A stretch of 63,443 nt of DNA, filler included, from Lenisia limosa (taxonomy: Eukaryota; Protista; Breviatea), in the NCBI GenBank assembly GCA_001655205.1. It is 20 parts of 20 records of this genome, joined end to end, with 100 filler letters (N's around TTAATTAATTAA, not from the genome) between each part and the next. Parts side by side here need not be neighbours in the genome. Positions count along the whole stretch, not along the records: positions 1 to 2,405 come from LPNZ01007180.1; positions 2,506 to 5,949 come from LPNZ01000155.1; positions 6,050 to 8,961 come from LPNZ01011469.1; positions 9,062 to 10,549 come from LPNZ01002352.1; positions 10,650 to 12,299 come from LPNZ01003608.1; positions 12,400 to 15,255 come from LPNZ01005249.1; 14 more parts are not named here. One strand, written 5' to 3'. The position numbers were made by a program, and so were the translations under genes. Of the stretch, positions 1-12,421 are shown one piece after another (position 1 is the stretch's first letter; the number at the start of each line of letters is the position of its first letter). The notes beneath the pieces were generated by a model. That model worked only from the letters and a program-made list of their open reading frames with translations, made no database searches and had not been told where the DNA came from.

Positions 1-319
1 ACGCCCTCGCTCTAGTCTGTTTACCCGCTGCCCAGACCGCCTACCGCCCCGCTCCAGAAGAGATCACCCTACCTCCAGTCCGTCCCCGTCCACTCCGCCG
101 CCACTCTCCGATGTATCTTTTTTTCTTTGTTTTTTCTTTGTTTTTTCTTTGTTTTTACTGAATGTTTTTACGGAGCAAGAGAAAGAGTTTTATAAACCAA
201 TTTTTTAAGTCAAATATGACAATGACTTGTTCTTTTGTTGGCTTTGTCCCATATGGCAAGCATTGTTCTTATGTTTGCTTTGTCCCATATGACTATCTTT
301 TCTCTTGCTGAGTTCATAC

Positions 320-2220
320 CGTTGAGCTTGGTGGCAGTGAGGATAGCTCCTGTATGTGCTTCCTGAATAGTCTGCAGTCTACGACCCTATGGGATGTAAA
401 TTCGAAATTGGCCGGGGAAAGGGTAATATTTTTTTGAAAAAAAAACACCCAAACACAAGGTACCTTATTTACACTAATGAGAAATAAAACATAAGGATGT
501 ATCAGGCCATAATTATAATACAAACACAAAAGATACTAAGGGACTTATATTTAAGAATTTAATAGTACTAACAATCTGCGTAGTAGAATGGGAGAGAGAG
601 AGAGATAAAACGATAATTACCCAATCTTCCAGAAAAGAGAACAAACATTGCTCAACCTTGCACAAATATATCATATGTAAATAGAGCCTCCAGAAACAGA
701 TGCAGCCCTCCCAGCTTCCAGAAACAAATGCAGCCTCCCACCTTCCTCCAGAAACAGCTGCAGCCCTCCCACCTTCCAGAAATAGATGGAACCGTCAGCG
801 CACATTGAGATTGTTTCGTCTCCAGCACTACAGCGAAAAATAAGTTTTCGTGCCAAAGAAGATAATACCATTTTGCTGTCATAAAAATTAGTGTTGTCAA
901 TCTACTTGATCAAAAAACTATAGTAACAAATGTCTTCAAAGTTTCCTTGATTANNNNNNNNNNNNNNNNNNNNNNNNNNNNNNNNNNNNNNNNNNNNNNN
1001 NNNNNNNNNNNNNNNNNNNNNNNNNNNNNNNNNNNNNNNNNNNNNNNNNNNNNNNNNNNNNNNNNNNNNNNNNNNNNNNNNNNNNNNNNAACAGGCCCCC
1101 TTGCTTCTTCAGCCCGTTGCCACACAGCTTCCAGAACTGAGGGGTTAATTGGAAACCATGGGAGAGGTGTCAAGAACTGACGGGGTTAATGGTAGATTAA
1201 TATGCAATAATATACCATAGAGCTTCACTTTCGGTTGCAAAAAAAGACTGAATTCTCGATCAATCCACGATAACTATCATTAGTCTTTTGGAACTGAAAG
1301 TACAGCTTTATTTCGGATAACAAGAATTAATCCCACAGACCGTGAGATGGTGGACTCCAGCAGTAATGATTTGATTCGTTTCGGGATGGAAGGCAACACA
1401 GAGAACCTACACAAAAACAGTAAACAACAGGATGATTTAGGGTTATGTTAAACAGAAATATTCATAGTTAAGCCAGGTTCCCCCACCTTCTTCTTGTGAC
1501 ATTTTGAAGAGGCNNNNNNNNNNNNNNNNNNNNNNNNNNNNNNNNNNNNNNNNNNNNNNNNNNNNNNNNNNNNNNNNNNNNNNNNNNNNNNNNNNNNNNN
1601 NNNNNNNNNNNNNNNNNNNNNNNNNNNNNNNNNNNNNNNNNNNNNGTAAGTCCAAAAGGGTAATTGAGCAATTGAACGCAAATTTCCTTTAAACAAACAC
1701 CCACAAGCATTTTGCCATCCTGTGAGAACGCGAGGCAGGGGACAGCACGTTTGTGGAAGCCCGTGAGGACCGAAAGGACTTCGAGCGTTTCGGCTGACCA
1801 AACCACAATCTTCGGCTCTTTGCCGACCTACTGTGTGATATATGTAGGGGTTTTTATTAATAGGGCGCTGATGGTATACACTCCTCTCCCCCTCAAATAC
1901 CCACACAAAGTGACATAACCCTTCTCCCCAAAACATGTCCCCCCCCCCCGGACCTGTCCGGTGGCGACGGTGGTGCCGTCAGNNNNNNNNNNNNNNNNNN
2001 NNNNNNNNNNNNNNNNNNNNNNNNNNNNNNNNNNNNNNNNNNNNNNNNNNNNNNNNNNNNNNNNNNNNNNNNNNNNNNNNNNNNNNNNNNNNNNNNNNNN
2101 NNNNNNNNNNNNNNNNNNNNNNNNNNNNNNNNCATTTTGCGCCTACAGAGAAAACACTTTGCTTGCGGGTGGAGGGGTCCATGACTACAACGGTGGCGGC
2201 AGCAGGGTATACAATATGAC
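320..2220 (-). CDS. EML5/6-like (EMAP-like) WD40 microtubule-associated protein, partial, multi-exon
   Basis: Spliced exons read GHIVYPAAATVVVMDPSTRKQ, VVWSAETLEVLSVLTGFHKRAVPCLAFSQDGKMLVGV, VLCVAFHPETNQIITAGVHHLT, FWKLCGNGLKKQGGL and GRRLQTIQEAHTGAILTAT. These match the HELP-proximal WD repeats of EML proteins, and the exons have GT-AG borders. Confidence 0.8.
687..786 (-). repeat. Degenerate ~30-35 bp tandem repeat x3 copying an exon/intron junction
   Basis: Sense-strand units TTTCTGGA(A/G)G + (G/C)TGGGAGG(G)CTGCA are repeated directly after an EML-like exon end. Confidence 0.8.
1220..1308. mobile_element. Family B MITE (~90 bp, TIRs, TA-flanked)
   Basis: TA|GAGCTTCACTTTCGGTT...AACTGAAAGTACAGCTT|TA with an internal GAT(A/C)AATCC(T/A)CGA core; lies in an EML-like intron. 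Confidence 0.7.
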
Positions 2221-2405
2221 CTAGAGTGGCGTTTAAATGGATGTATAGGGTGTAATAATTAGTATGGCCTGGGGTGGTGATACAGAGAGTCTGGGGGAAC
2301 ATGAGTAATCCCAATATATATATATATGCACATAGATATTATAACCAATGTAACAGTAATGGGATAAGGGGCATGTAAGAGTAATGGGATAAGGGGCATT
2401 TCAAG

Positions 2406-2505
2406 NNNNNNNNNNNNNNNNNNNNNNNNNNNNNNNNNNNNNNNNNNNNTTAATTAATTAANNNNNNNNNNNNNNNNNNNNNNNNNNNNNNNNNNNNNNN
2501 NNNNN
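2406..2505. other. Artificial contig-joining linker (first of 19)
   Basis: Exactly N44-TTAATTAATTAA-N44 (100 bp, stops in all six frames). Linker starts: 2406, 5950, 8962, 10550, 12300, 15256, 16614, 19017, 21121, 22464, 39972, 41416, 43192, 46843, 48952, 51505, 53292, 56774, 62143. Confidence 0.97.
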
Positions 2506-5500
2506 CCCTCCCCCACGATCGGCGTCAGCAGTTCCGGTTGTCAGGAGGGCCTCCAGAAAGCTTTTTACATATTCCAGCTCCAGCGACGGCACCGCAACTC
2601 TAGGGCGCGGTACCGGAGGTAAGCTCTGTAGTCCCCTCCACATCTGCTAATGTTATATCGAGATGAATTAAAGAAACAAATGTTGTTGTGATTGTGTTAT
2701 GGTAAAAATAAAACTGAGAATAATATTAAAAACAATCTGGGACATAAATTAAGCGGTATCAACATGTGGTCGATCCCATGCAGAGTTTGTTTCGCGATAA
2801 AAGCATAAAACAATCTCTGATAAGAGTAATGGTGTTATTTTATATTTTCCATCTCTACATATTAAAAGCGTAAAGAACTCATTGAATCAAAATAATAACA
2901 ATAAGAAAACTCAAATTGGACCATTTACAACCACAAAAAAGGGCAATGAAAGGTTCCCCAATTAGCCAAGTACTCTAAACTAGGAAGAGTGTAAGTCCAA
3001 GAAGGAGGGGAAGAAACAACATTACTCGCGTCAAATGAGCCCATTCAGACCTCTAATCACCTTCAATGTCACCAACAAACCTCCACTCTTGTGTACACAG
3101 GATCGACACCAACACCAAGAATTTTCTTTTGAATGATCCTCTTCCCTCTTTCGTTCTGTTCAATCGCTAAGCTATAAAACCCACCACCATCTGTGTGAGA
3201 GTAGTGGGGTGACAGAAGAGCAGTACTTCGCTGACCAGTATGAACGATCAAGATGTGCTGCTGTTGTTTGTATTGCAGCTGCTAATTGTTACTGGGTTTT
3301 ATTAAGTAGGATAATGGATCATATATTCTAATATTCTATGTGATCATTTGACAATTATTCAATGCAACAACAACATTTGTAACATTAATTGCATGATTTC
3401 TCTCATAAAGTGTTTTCGCGCTGTTTCACCACACTGTTTCTGTTGTGCTCATTTACAGGATAACTTCAGCTTAGTTGACTTTTTATGGTCAGGCATTTAT
3501 CCCCATAATTTCTGAGACGTAACGAAAACACAGAAAATGATTGGCAAAATATAGTCATGGTTGCTGGTTATACTAAATGCGATGAAAACCATAAAGCCTC
3601 GACTCTAGTGGTGCTAAAACACAATAAAAGTCATTCATACAAAACACTGGAATTTAGTAAACTGTGCTCTTGAAATGATGTCATCAGGCTCGAGATGAAA
3701 TTATTTTTAAAAGATATCGGCGAGCCACATGCGATTTGCGGCCACTCTGTTCATTACGATTTCCATGCTCTCCAGGTATGCACTTAAGTTACTATGGTTG
3801 GGCATTTGATATTAGGATATTATAATGAAATGGACTATTCCTCGAAATACGATTGTACTGAGTCCTATAATATGTTTATGGTTGACATGGTGAAACTGCT
3901 TAAAAGAAATGAAATTCACTCTCGTTGGCGTTTAATTATCTTCATGCCTCTGCGTCTCTAATGTCACAAAATACGAAAATAATTGATTTATGCCGTAGAG
4001 AAACACCACACCTCTGCATCCTATTAGATTCGCTATGACCATATCATTGACCAAAGTGTTCCTCGTGGGATTAAAGACCTCAAGTCTCAAGAATTTAGCT
4101 CAGACACTTCTTGGTAGCAGCATCCAGATACGAGTTCTAAAAGAGTGGTCTGTAATAATAATAGATAGGAAAATAATTCAATGTTTTTGTTTTCTCTGGA
4201 ATTTTGTAAAGTATCACTAATTAAATGCAGATTAAGTTAATGAACATTTGAATTATAACTAATCCTTCAGTCAGGTGGCCACCGCTCTCTTGAAGATTCC
4301 AAAACCTTTATTCATCTCATTACTAAGTGCTTGCATCATTGAAAGCCAACCCTATTCCATATGTTTGAAAAAAAAATAGTAACTTATTAGCCTAAACCTT
4401 CAAAAATAGTCTCATCAGCGGGATATTACAAAAATGCATTGGAATCACAAAACAAAACTTCAACCAACATACTTAGACATGGGGGATACTGCACAGGCGG
4501 AAAATAATTGACGTTTTTACTGGGGTGGAGTTTCTATAAATGGTAAATGGTCCAGTTTGTATTAAGAAAGGGTGACTAAAAAGTGGGACTCTGTAAAATT
4601 TTTTCGATCAATCATTTTATACTCCTCAATTTCAACAATAAACCAAAACAAATAAATCAAAAAAATAATATTTACTCCTGTAAAAATGTTATCACGTACA
4701 ATTAACTCAACTCAAGCATTTACAGGTATCAACCTCTTCTTCAGAAATGGTAAATCCATTCAAAATCATCGCCTTCCCTACATTGCTGGTCCTGAACAAA
4801 ATATGATATGTGTAACACGCACCTCCTTTATTAATGGTCAAATCATCTCCCTCTCCTTATCCTATATATCCCCCCATATACTACACTGTCCGCAATATTT
4901 CCTGTCACACGGAAATTGAGCGTTCTTCGTATCATAACTTATCACAGTCACTGTATTAATATGTGACACCCCATACTAATGGTAGGGATGTCGGTCAGCG
5001 GAAAAGAGACGGCTGGTACCGTCGGTAAGTTTTGGAGACTGGGGATTGGGGAAAAGCCAGGAATAGAAGTTGCCAAATCGGGACTCATGTTTGGGATAGG
5101 TTCGATTTTCGGCACATTGAGGCTGGAAATTGGAGTTGCCAAATTAGGAAGGTTGATCCCTGGGATTTGGATTGGGGGAATGGAGTACTGCAGGTTTGCT
5201 GGTAGGGACAGAGGGGCGATCTGGAAACATGAGAAATAATTCATAAAAATGCACAACCAATCAAAGACAAAGATAATATCATCTGTTACATATATTGTGG
5301 ACAACGCTTCCATTCAGATCCAAAAAGGCAATTATCATATTTACGAAGATTAGGAAAATTTACTCAAAGGTGTTTCTCAGTGAAGCTGTTTTTTTTACGT
5401 ACCTATCAATACCATTAAAAGACTGTGCGGGTGTCTGGCAATATTATTTTATGGTATATTACATATACATGTACATATATCGATATGTACTGCTTTGTTC

Positions 5501-5880
5501 CCTAAGAGTATATTTCTTTTGATAACATATACTTCTTGCTCACAATAATAAAGACTTGATGATACATTTTTGAGAATCATCAATATCAATAAGTCCACAA
5601 CCAAGGTGCAATAGGATCTGGCATGTGACACAGGCTCATTTCATTTTATATTCCCTCATGTAAATGTTATGTCGAATAAAATAACAACATGGAGCTCTAC
5701 TACTGGGGTGTTGGAACAAAAAAAAAAAAAAGCAGGTGATTTAATATATACGTGCACCAGCATACTTTCTTTGCTTCAGAAATAACTCGTGGCTGAACAA
5801 CAGTTGCCATAGAGGGCTGTGAGGACAGCTAAACGGTCACTTGATTGTAGAAACATCTTCAATCTCATCTGAGTATAATA
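2506..5880 (-). CDS. Hypothetical multi-exon protein (Pro/Ile-rich exon at 4960-5240), partial
   Basis: Several GT-AG-bounded open segments on the minus strand (about 2506-2645, 3070-3260, 4720-4790, 4960-5240, 5520-5630). No family was recognised and the exon chain is not secure. Confidence 0.3.
3527..4342 (+). pseudogene. REX4/ISG20-like DEDDh 3'-5' exonuclease, degenerate
   Basis: Exons give AICGHSVHYDFHALQ (ExoII), SSLKNLAQTLLGSSIQ and SGGHRSLEDSKT (ExoIII H-x4-D). There is an in-frame TGA at 3671-3673, no clear ExoI D-x-E motif, and an unresolved phase after 3775. Confidence 0.55.
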
Positions 5881-6065
5881 TCTATATTTATAATACATCA
5901 ATTGTCGTGTTAAGCAGAGTCGTCCACCCACCCTTGCCGCATCCCAAAANNNNNNNNNNNNNNNNNNNNNNNNNNNNNNNNNNNNNNNNNNNNTTAATTA
6001 ATTAANNNNNNNNNNNNNNNNNNNNNNNNNNNNNNNNNNNNNNNNNNNNCCCCCCCCCCCCCCAG

Positions 6066-8196
6066 TGGCCACAAAACCGAAGCAGTCGCCGACTGTCGAG
6101 GCTGCTGCAGCCGTCGGCGCCTCCATCGCCGCAATGATGCCGGACCAGGCCGTGGCTAAGGTGGGCGGGTCGTGGCTAAGTGGCTCAGGTAGGGCGGACC
6201 GTGGCTGGGTATATTTCCCAAACCCAAACTGTCTACCTCATGACATGACACTGTTCAGGCACTCCAGTCTTCTCTCGACGCGGCAATTGAAACGGCAGCT
6301 GAGCCCCCGCATCCATCCGCGGATTCCACCTGTTGGGGGGGGGGGGNNNNNNNNNNNNNNNNNNNNNNNNNNNNNNNNNNNNNNNNNNNNNNNNNNNNNN
6401 NNNNNNNNNNNNNNNNNNNNNNNNNNNNNNNNNNNNNNNNNNNNNNNNNNNNNNNNAAATTCTGGATAAATCCTCGAAAACTGTCGATATTTTAGTGTTC
6501 TTTTTCGAACCGAAGTGAAACGCGAATTCGCTATATTATGCCTTTTGTCCCCTATTATTCGCAATCGAAACGACCTTCGTTCATCTGCAACCCAGTTTTT
6601 GACTCTTCCCTAGTTAGCCGTCTTTTGGAGTCTTCCTTCAACAACATTCCGCATGCCAACGATTCTCTGAGGTATAANNNNNNNNNNNNNNNNNNNNNNN
6701 NNNNNNNNNNNNNNNNNNNNNNNNNNNNNNNNNNNNNNNNNNNNNNNNNNNNNNNNNNNNGATTTATGAGTATGATTGTTGGGAGAGAAAAGTCGACACA
6801 TTCCCTCTTTTTGCGGACAATTTGAAGCGACAATGGATAATAGTTTATTGAATCTGTATTTAAATCGGAATCTAAATTGGAATCTGTAAACGCACAATAA
6901 TTACTCTGCAGGACCCACCCATACATCCCGCGTGACCCCGTCATAGCCCCGGCCTCCTTCCCCCATACCGGTTTGAGGGAGGAACATGCAGAAAAAGAAA
7001 TAGAACAAGGTAGTACCTGATAAGCAGATTGGTTTGTGGAATTGACGGATTGGGCTTTTGTTGTTCTTTCGTTTCTGCGTTTAACTGTTTTTTCAGAGAT
7101 TCCCATTACCCCCCCCCCCNNNNNNNNNNNNNNNNNNNNNNNNNNNNNNNNNNNNNNNNNNNNNNNNNNNNNNNNNNNNNNNNNNNNNNNNNNNNNNNNN
7201 NNNNNNNNNNNNNNNNNNNNNNNNNNNNNNNNNNNNNNNNNNNNNNNNNNNNNNNNNNNNNNNNNNNNNNNNNNNNNNNNNNNNNNNNNNNNNNNNNNNN
7301 NNNNNNNNNNNNNNNNNNNNACACTCTTCTTCATCTTCTATCACCTGCCGGGAACTCCGCAGCAGTGGGGATGCTTGGACTTATCGTTTAACAAAAACAA
7401 GGTTGATTCATCGAACCGGGCATTTGACCCTCGGGCTTATCAGTCAAACCAAACACATAAATTAAAAATTGCTATTTATATGGGGCGGGTTTTTTTTTTT
7501 TNNNNNNNNNNNNNNNNNNNNNNNNNNNNNNNNNNNNNNNNNNNNNNNNNNNNNNNNNNNNNNNNNNNNNNNNNNNNNNNNNNNNNNNNNNNNNNNNNNN
7601 NNNNNNNNNATAAGAAACAGAACGTGTTCTTGATTGCTCCTTGCTCTTCCGAAGTGTTAGATTTTATCTTCTCGTCGTTGCATTCGGTCCGATACTCTTG
7701 TTTTATTTCGGATTTCAATTGCATACATGACGCAAATCTGTTTGTAGATGACCTCACCCCTTTAGGGTTCCAAAGACGTGAAGAACCTACCAAAATCACG
7801 GAACACCACGAGGAAGGAACTTATGTATATTTTGATTATGAAAAAAGTTAGGGGGGGAGTAAATGTCGTGACCTTTTTTTATTTATTTTTTCTCTGTCAC
7901 GCAAATGAGTCAAGTTGATGGACGTGTGTTTNNNNNNNNNNNNNNNNNNNNNNNNNNNNNNNNNNNNNNNNNNNNNNNNNNNNNNNNNNNNNNNNNNNNN
8001 NNNNNNNNNNNNNNNNNNNNNNNNNNNNNNNNNNNNNNNNNNNNNNNNNNNNNNNNNNNNNNNNNNNNNNNNNNNNNNNNNNNNNCATACTTTTCCAATT
8101 TTACTCCGCCGACATTCCGTTCACCCTTCAGCATGGTGTCAGAGGACCAAGTCGGACTTCGTGTTCGAGTATCAGTTCTTGGAAAACTCAGTTTAG
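6066..8196 (+). CDS. CNOT3: CCR4-NOT subunit CNOT3/Not5, C-terminal NOT-box region, partial
   Basis: Exons SRLLESSFNNIPHANDSLR, HPYIPRDP, TLFFIFYHLPGTPQQW, FQRREEPTKITEHHEEGTYVYFDYEK and WCQRTKSDFVFEYQFLENSV* match the NOT2/3/5 domain. Confidence 0.92.
6458..6521. mobile_element. Family B MITE, right half (rest masked)
   Basis: GATAAATCCTCGAAAACTGTCGAT...GAACCGAAGTGAA in a CNOT3 intron. Confidence 0.65.
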
Positions 8197-8594
8197 TTGT
8201 ATTCAGCATTGATTGTATAGTATATTTTGATATATTAAGAAAAACAAGGTTCATTTTAGGAGGTTTCACAGCTATAGCGAACTTATTTTAAGTTCCGATA
8301 AAATGTTCTTACCACCTTCTATGACTCAGACGATACCGTAGTGATGGATCTTAGAATGTTAAAGTACAAAACAGGCTACATTCACCGATACAAACGCCTA
8401 ATTCCAAACTGTGTGCTTGAGGGGGTAGTTACCAGGCTTGACTTCCTGAGGGGTAAGGGAGGAATGGAGATCTAACAAATAACAAAATGATCCATAAAGC
8501 TCTGTATTTTACGATTCTCAACCGACATCATCGTTGAGAGGAAATTAATTGACAAATAGCTCAACTCCCCAGCCCCTATCAATTCCGATCCGAC

Positions 8595-8836
8595 CTTAGT
8601 GAGCTCATGGGAGATCCTTTGATCCTCTTCCATCAACAAGTGGCGCGCTCGCTCCTCTTCTTCGCGTGCTGCATAAATCAGCAAAAAAAGGGGTGTCTAA
8701 CTTCATTGATCGTTTGGTTGGCTGGCAGTCCATATTTATTGAAATTGCCCCCCCCACCTTTCCTCTTTTCATCCTCCTTAACCTGACGGTTCATCTCGGT
8801 TTGGATATCCAGTTCCCTTCGGAGAGCCGCCTTCTT
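8595..8836 (-). CDS. Charged coiled-coil protein fragment (two exons)
   Basis: KKAALRRELDIQTEMNRQVKEDEKRK|AREEEERARHLLMEEDQRISHELTK with GT-AG borders. It loosely resembles MNS1/trichoplein-type proteins, but the family is not secure. Confidence 0.5.
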
Positions 8837-9823
8837 CTGGGAATGGTTAGAAAAGGTGCTCTTGATAACGGGTAATAATGGTCATTATCTTTAAGACAAT
8901 GGAGTGATGTTTGTCAGCCATATTACTACAAAAAAACAACAACAAAAAAAAAAAAACGAAANNNNNNNNNNNNNNNNNNNNNNNNNNNNNNNNNNNNNNN
9001 NNNNNTTAATTAATTAANNNNNNNNNNNNNNNNNNNNNNNNNNNNNNNNNNNNNNNNNNNNCAAATCACACAGTGAACCGAGGGCAATGAATCGAATTTC
9101 CTGGGGCTAAAAATGGTGAAGTTAGAAGCAGTGTGCTAATTCATGTTTGGTATCTCAATATCCCTATGTTATTTAAGGTGTATTCTCCTATTCTTAAATA
9201 GAAAAGAAAATTGCTAATCATATGAAACTCTACCGTGTTGGTCTTGACCGTTTTGTGTTTTTAAGGGACATCCGATTGTATTGGTCAATATCTATTGGAT
9301 TGGTATACTAACATTTTATGTTGGACTCCGGGTATTTTTGAAGAAATGAGTTGAAATTAAGAGTCAACGAAGGGATTCTGGTTGCACAATGTCCTACTTT
9401 TAATTCAAATTTATTGATTTCCTTAGAGTAGAATATGTAGAATGAGAAATGAAATCGTCCATCTTATCGCTAAAGAGATAATAACCATATGGTTTCAGCT
9501 TGCACATTTTAATGATAGTTTTCAAAATTTGTCAGTTCTTTTTACCCCGCACATATTTGATATATTTAACATTAAGATCTTATATATATATATATATATA
9601 TATGTACAATGNNNNNNNNNNNNNNNNNNNNNNNNNNNNNNNNNNNNNNNNNNNNNNNNNNNNNNNNNNNNNNNNNNNNNNNNNNNNNNNNNNNNNNNNN
9701 NNNNNNNNNNNNNNNNNNNNNNNNNNNNNNNNNNNNNNNNNNNNNNNNNNNNNNNNNNNNNNNNATGTTGCATATTTCGGGGAAGCCTCGAGTGGTTAAC
9801 ATTATCGTAAGCCTTTAACAAAC

Positions 9824-10038
9824 CTGGGCTCTGTCAAACGCCAGGAAGAAATAAGCCTCTTCTGCCTTGGGGGTGTTGGCAAAGTTGTCAAGATTCTAAA
9901 GGAATGAGCCATAACAATAACTGATCATGAGGAGGAAGGCAGAAGCACAGCACTCACGTTCTGCGCCTCCGAACGTTGTTCTGGCGTTGATTGAGGAGCA
10001 GCAGCGACCTGGAGGGCGCGTAGTAGCTCGTCCATCAT
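9824..10038 (-). CDS. Probable importin-beta/exportin family N-terminus, partial
   Basis: ATG at 10038 gives MMDELLRALQVAAAPQSTPEQRSEAQN|NLDNFANTPKAEEAYFFLAFDRAQ, typical of an IBN_N first helix pair. Confidence 0.5.
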
Positions 10039-10699
10039 CAAATACCGCTATGCACTAAAACGACTTCTTGCTGTTGGCCTGTTCGGTCCGGTTTCTCTTG
10101 TCTATTTCTGACAAATAGCCTCGATAATGATGATGGCGACGTGGGGGTTAATGTGAAAGGCATTGTTCGATTTTTACTTTCGCTGAAATACTATTGCGTT
10201 CACGCGAAAATGGCGTAATGACAACCTTGAACATTTTACGGACCTCAATTTCGATGCAATTCAACAATCAAAAACCTTATACCTCAATAATACCCTGAAT
10301 CTAAATCTACCTCTTTTACAGGATTTTGTCGTTGAAATTACAGTATTTATATCAACCAAAAGTGGAAACACGGAAACAGAAAGGAATTGAAAAACAACCA
10401 AGAACAGCCTAGATAACGAGCTCGGCGACGCTGCAACGGGCGGTGTAGGGCACACGAACGGCGGCGCAAAGATCCTGGCAGGCTGCCTCGAAGGACTTGG
10501 CATGCTGAGGGGGGGTTGGCTGACAACACTCATGCATTATTGTTCATCGNNNNNNNNNNNNNNNNNNNNNNNNNNNNNNNNNNNNNNNNNNNNTTAATTA
10601 ATTAANNNNNNNNNNNNNNNNNNNNNNNNNNNNNNNNNNNNNNNNNNNNAAAAAAAAAAAAAAAAAAAAAAACTTGGATATGAAAGAAATTTTTTCAGA

Positions 10700-12290
10700 T
10701 ATAAGTCAAAGAAAGAATGGGTCATATTTCTTCCCTCGGTACATTGGATGGTGGTACTGTCAAAGCAGCGGAATATAGGAAAGTCGTCCTCATTGAAAGC
10801 CTTTACGAGGGATCTGGAGCTTAACGCGTTGCCACCATAAGTGATGATCTAAACTATAAAGAAGAAAAGAGGACAGCAAAATTTCACAAGAACCTACCAG
10901 GTTATCAAGTTCGATTCCCGAAATTTCCTTCATTTGATTGACAAAATGTTGAAAATCGGGAAATGCGGCTGGCTCTGACGACGGAATTAGCGGAATATTG
11001 TTGTGCTGAATGAATAGTAGGCAATTGATTCAAGACAATATCCTCGTCCACAAAAACTGGTGCTTTTTGGATAANNNNNNNNNNNNNNNNNNNNNNNNNN
11101 NNNNNNNNNNNNNNNNNNNNNNNNNNNNNNNNNNNNNNNNNNNNNNNNNNNNNNNNNNNNNNNNNNNNNNNNNNNNNNNNNNNNNNNNNNNNNNNNNNNN
11201 NNNNNNNNNNNNNNNNNNNNNNNNNNNNNNACTATAATATCACATTCAACTGGTAGCCTGGGAGTATGATGACTTAGTAGACCAAAGACGATGCGAGTAA
11301 CAAAATGATAAAAAAAAGCCGTTACTCCCCACTCCGCCTTTAGCCTCAACTCATCCACTCCCTTCATACTGCAGTGGTCGTTGAGCGCCTGGGTTTGGCA
11401 TTGAACTTCACTATAGACGGGCGGAGCGTTGGGTATGTCCAGCATGAACGAGCACAAAGACACCATTGCTGAAGTTAAAGCTGACACTGACGATTGAAGT
11501 GAAACAAGGTGGGTCTGTTTTATTGTTGCTTGGCGGAGTGGGAGGTAAGTCAGAGCTCTGTCAGAGTTACAACTTTTAAAGCTTTTAGCAACGGAGTCTG
11601 TAATTAATGCAATAAATGTAATAGTTGCCGGCCTTTATTTGCAGGGTTTCTGATACTACCCCCAGTTTTTTGGCTTGTCTAATTATGAGGACCACTTGTT
11701 TTTGAACTCATAGTTGACCCCCTCTATTGCAACCCCTCTATTTTTCAAAAACTGTGATAAAAATATTTTTTTACACCTCATGCAAACTGAACACACACCA
11801 TTACCACCAAATAACCACATGCCCTATTTACCCTCGCAGAAAAACCTAATTTTTGGGGCGCTTCGCACCGCTCTGTGACATTTTATTTCCCCCTTTTTTT
11901 TTGGTTGAAAATGTGGAACAGCACCAGTTTTTGAATATTGTTTCGCTGGGCGGCTTTTCGCGGAGTCACTGTATATCATATAGAGATGAGAAATAAAACA
12001 AAGTTGTATCGGGATCTGACAGGGTCTAGTAGAAGTAATTATTTCGATAGTGCCAAGAATGTATACAACCCATGACTGTACCATAAATAAGAACTGCATT
12101 TCCAAAGGGCTCTACCGAAATTCAGACCCTGCAACCGCGACAAGTAATCACTCCACGACCAAAAAGCTAAACCAGGCCGGGCTTATCTGCCCTTTGTCAG
12201 GGCCTTGAGCGAGCGCTGACCAGCTTTGAGTCCGGGGCGGCGGACAGTCCACTTCTTCTTCGGCCGCTTCCGCAGCGCCGCAGTAGCCAT
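10700..12290 (-). CDS. Hypothetical multi-exon protein, partial
   Basis: GT-AG-bounded exons such as EPAAFPDFQHFVNQMKEISGIELDNL and IITYGGNALSSRSLVKAFNEDDFPIFRCFD. No family recognised. Confidence 0.4.
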
Positions 12291-12421
12291 ACCTTCTTTN
12301 NNNNNNNNNNNNNNNNNNNNNNNNNNNNNNNNNNNNNNNNNNNTTAATTAATTAANNNNNNNNNNNNNNNNNNNNNNNNNNNNNNNNNNNNNNNNNNNNC
12401 CCCCCCCCCTACCCCATGCAG

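Noticed and set aside
8595-8836. Naming the coiled-coil fragment MNS1
   Set aside because: The similarity is compositional, and only about 400 bp remain before the convergent CNOT3 end, too little for a full MNS1.
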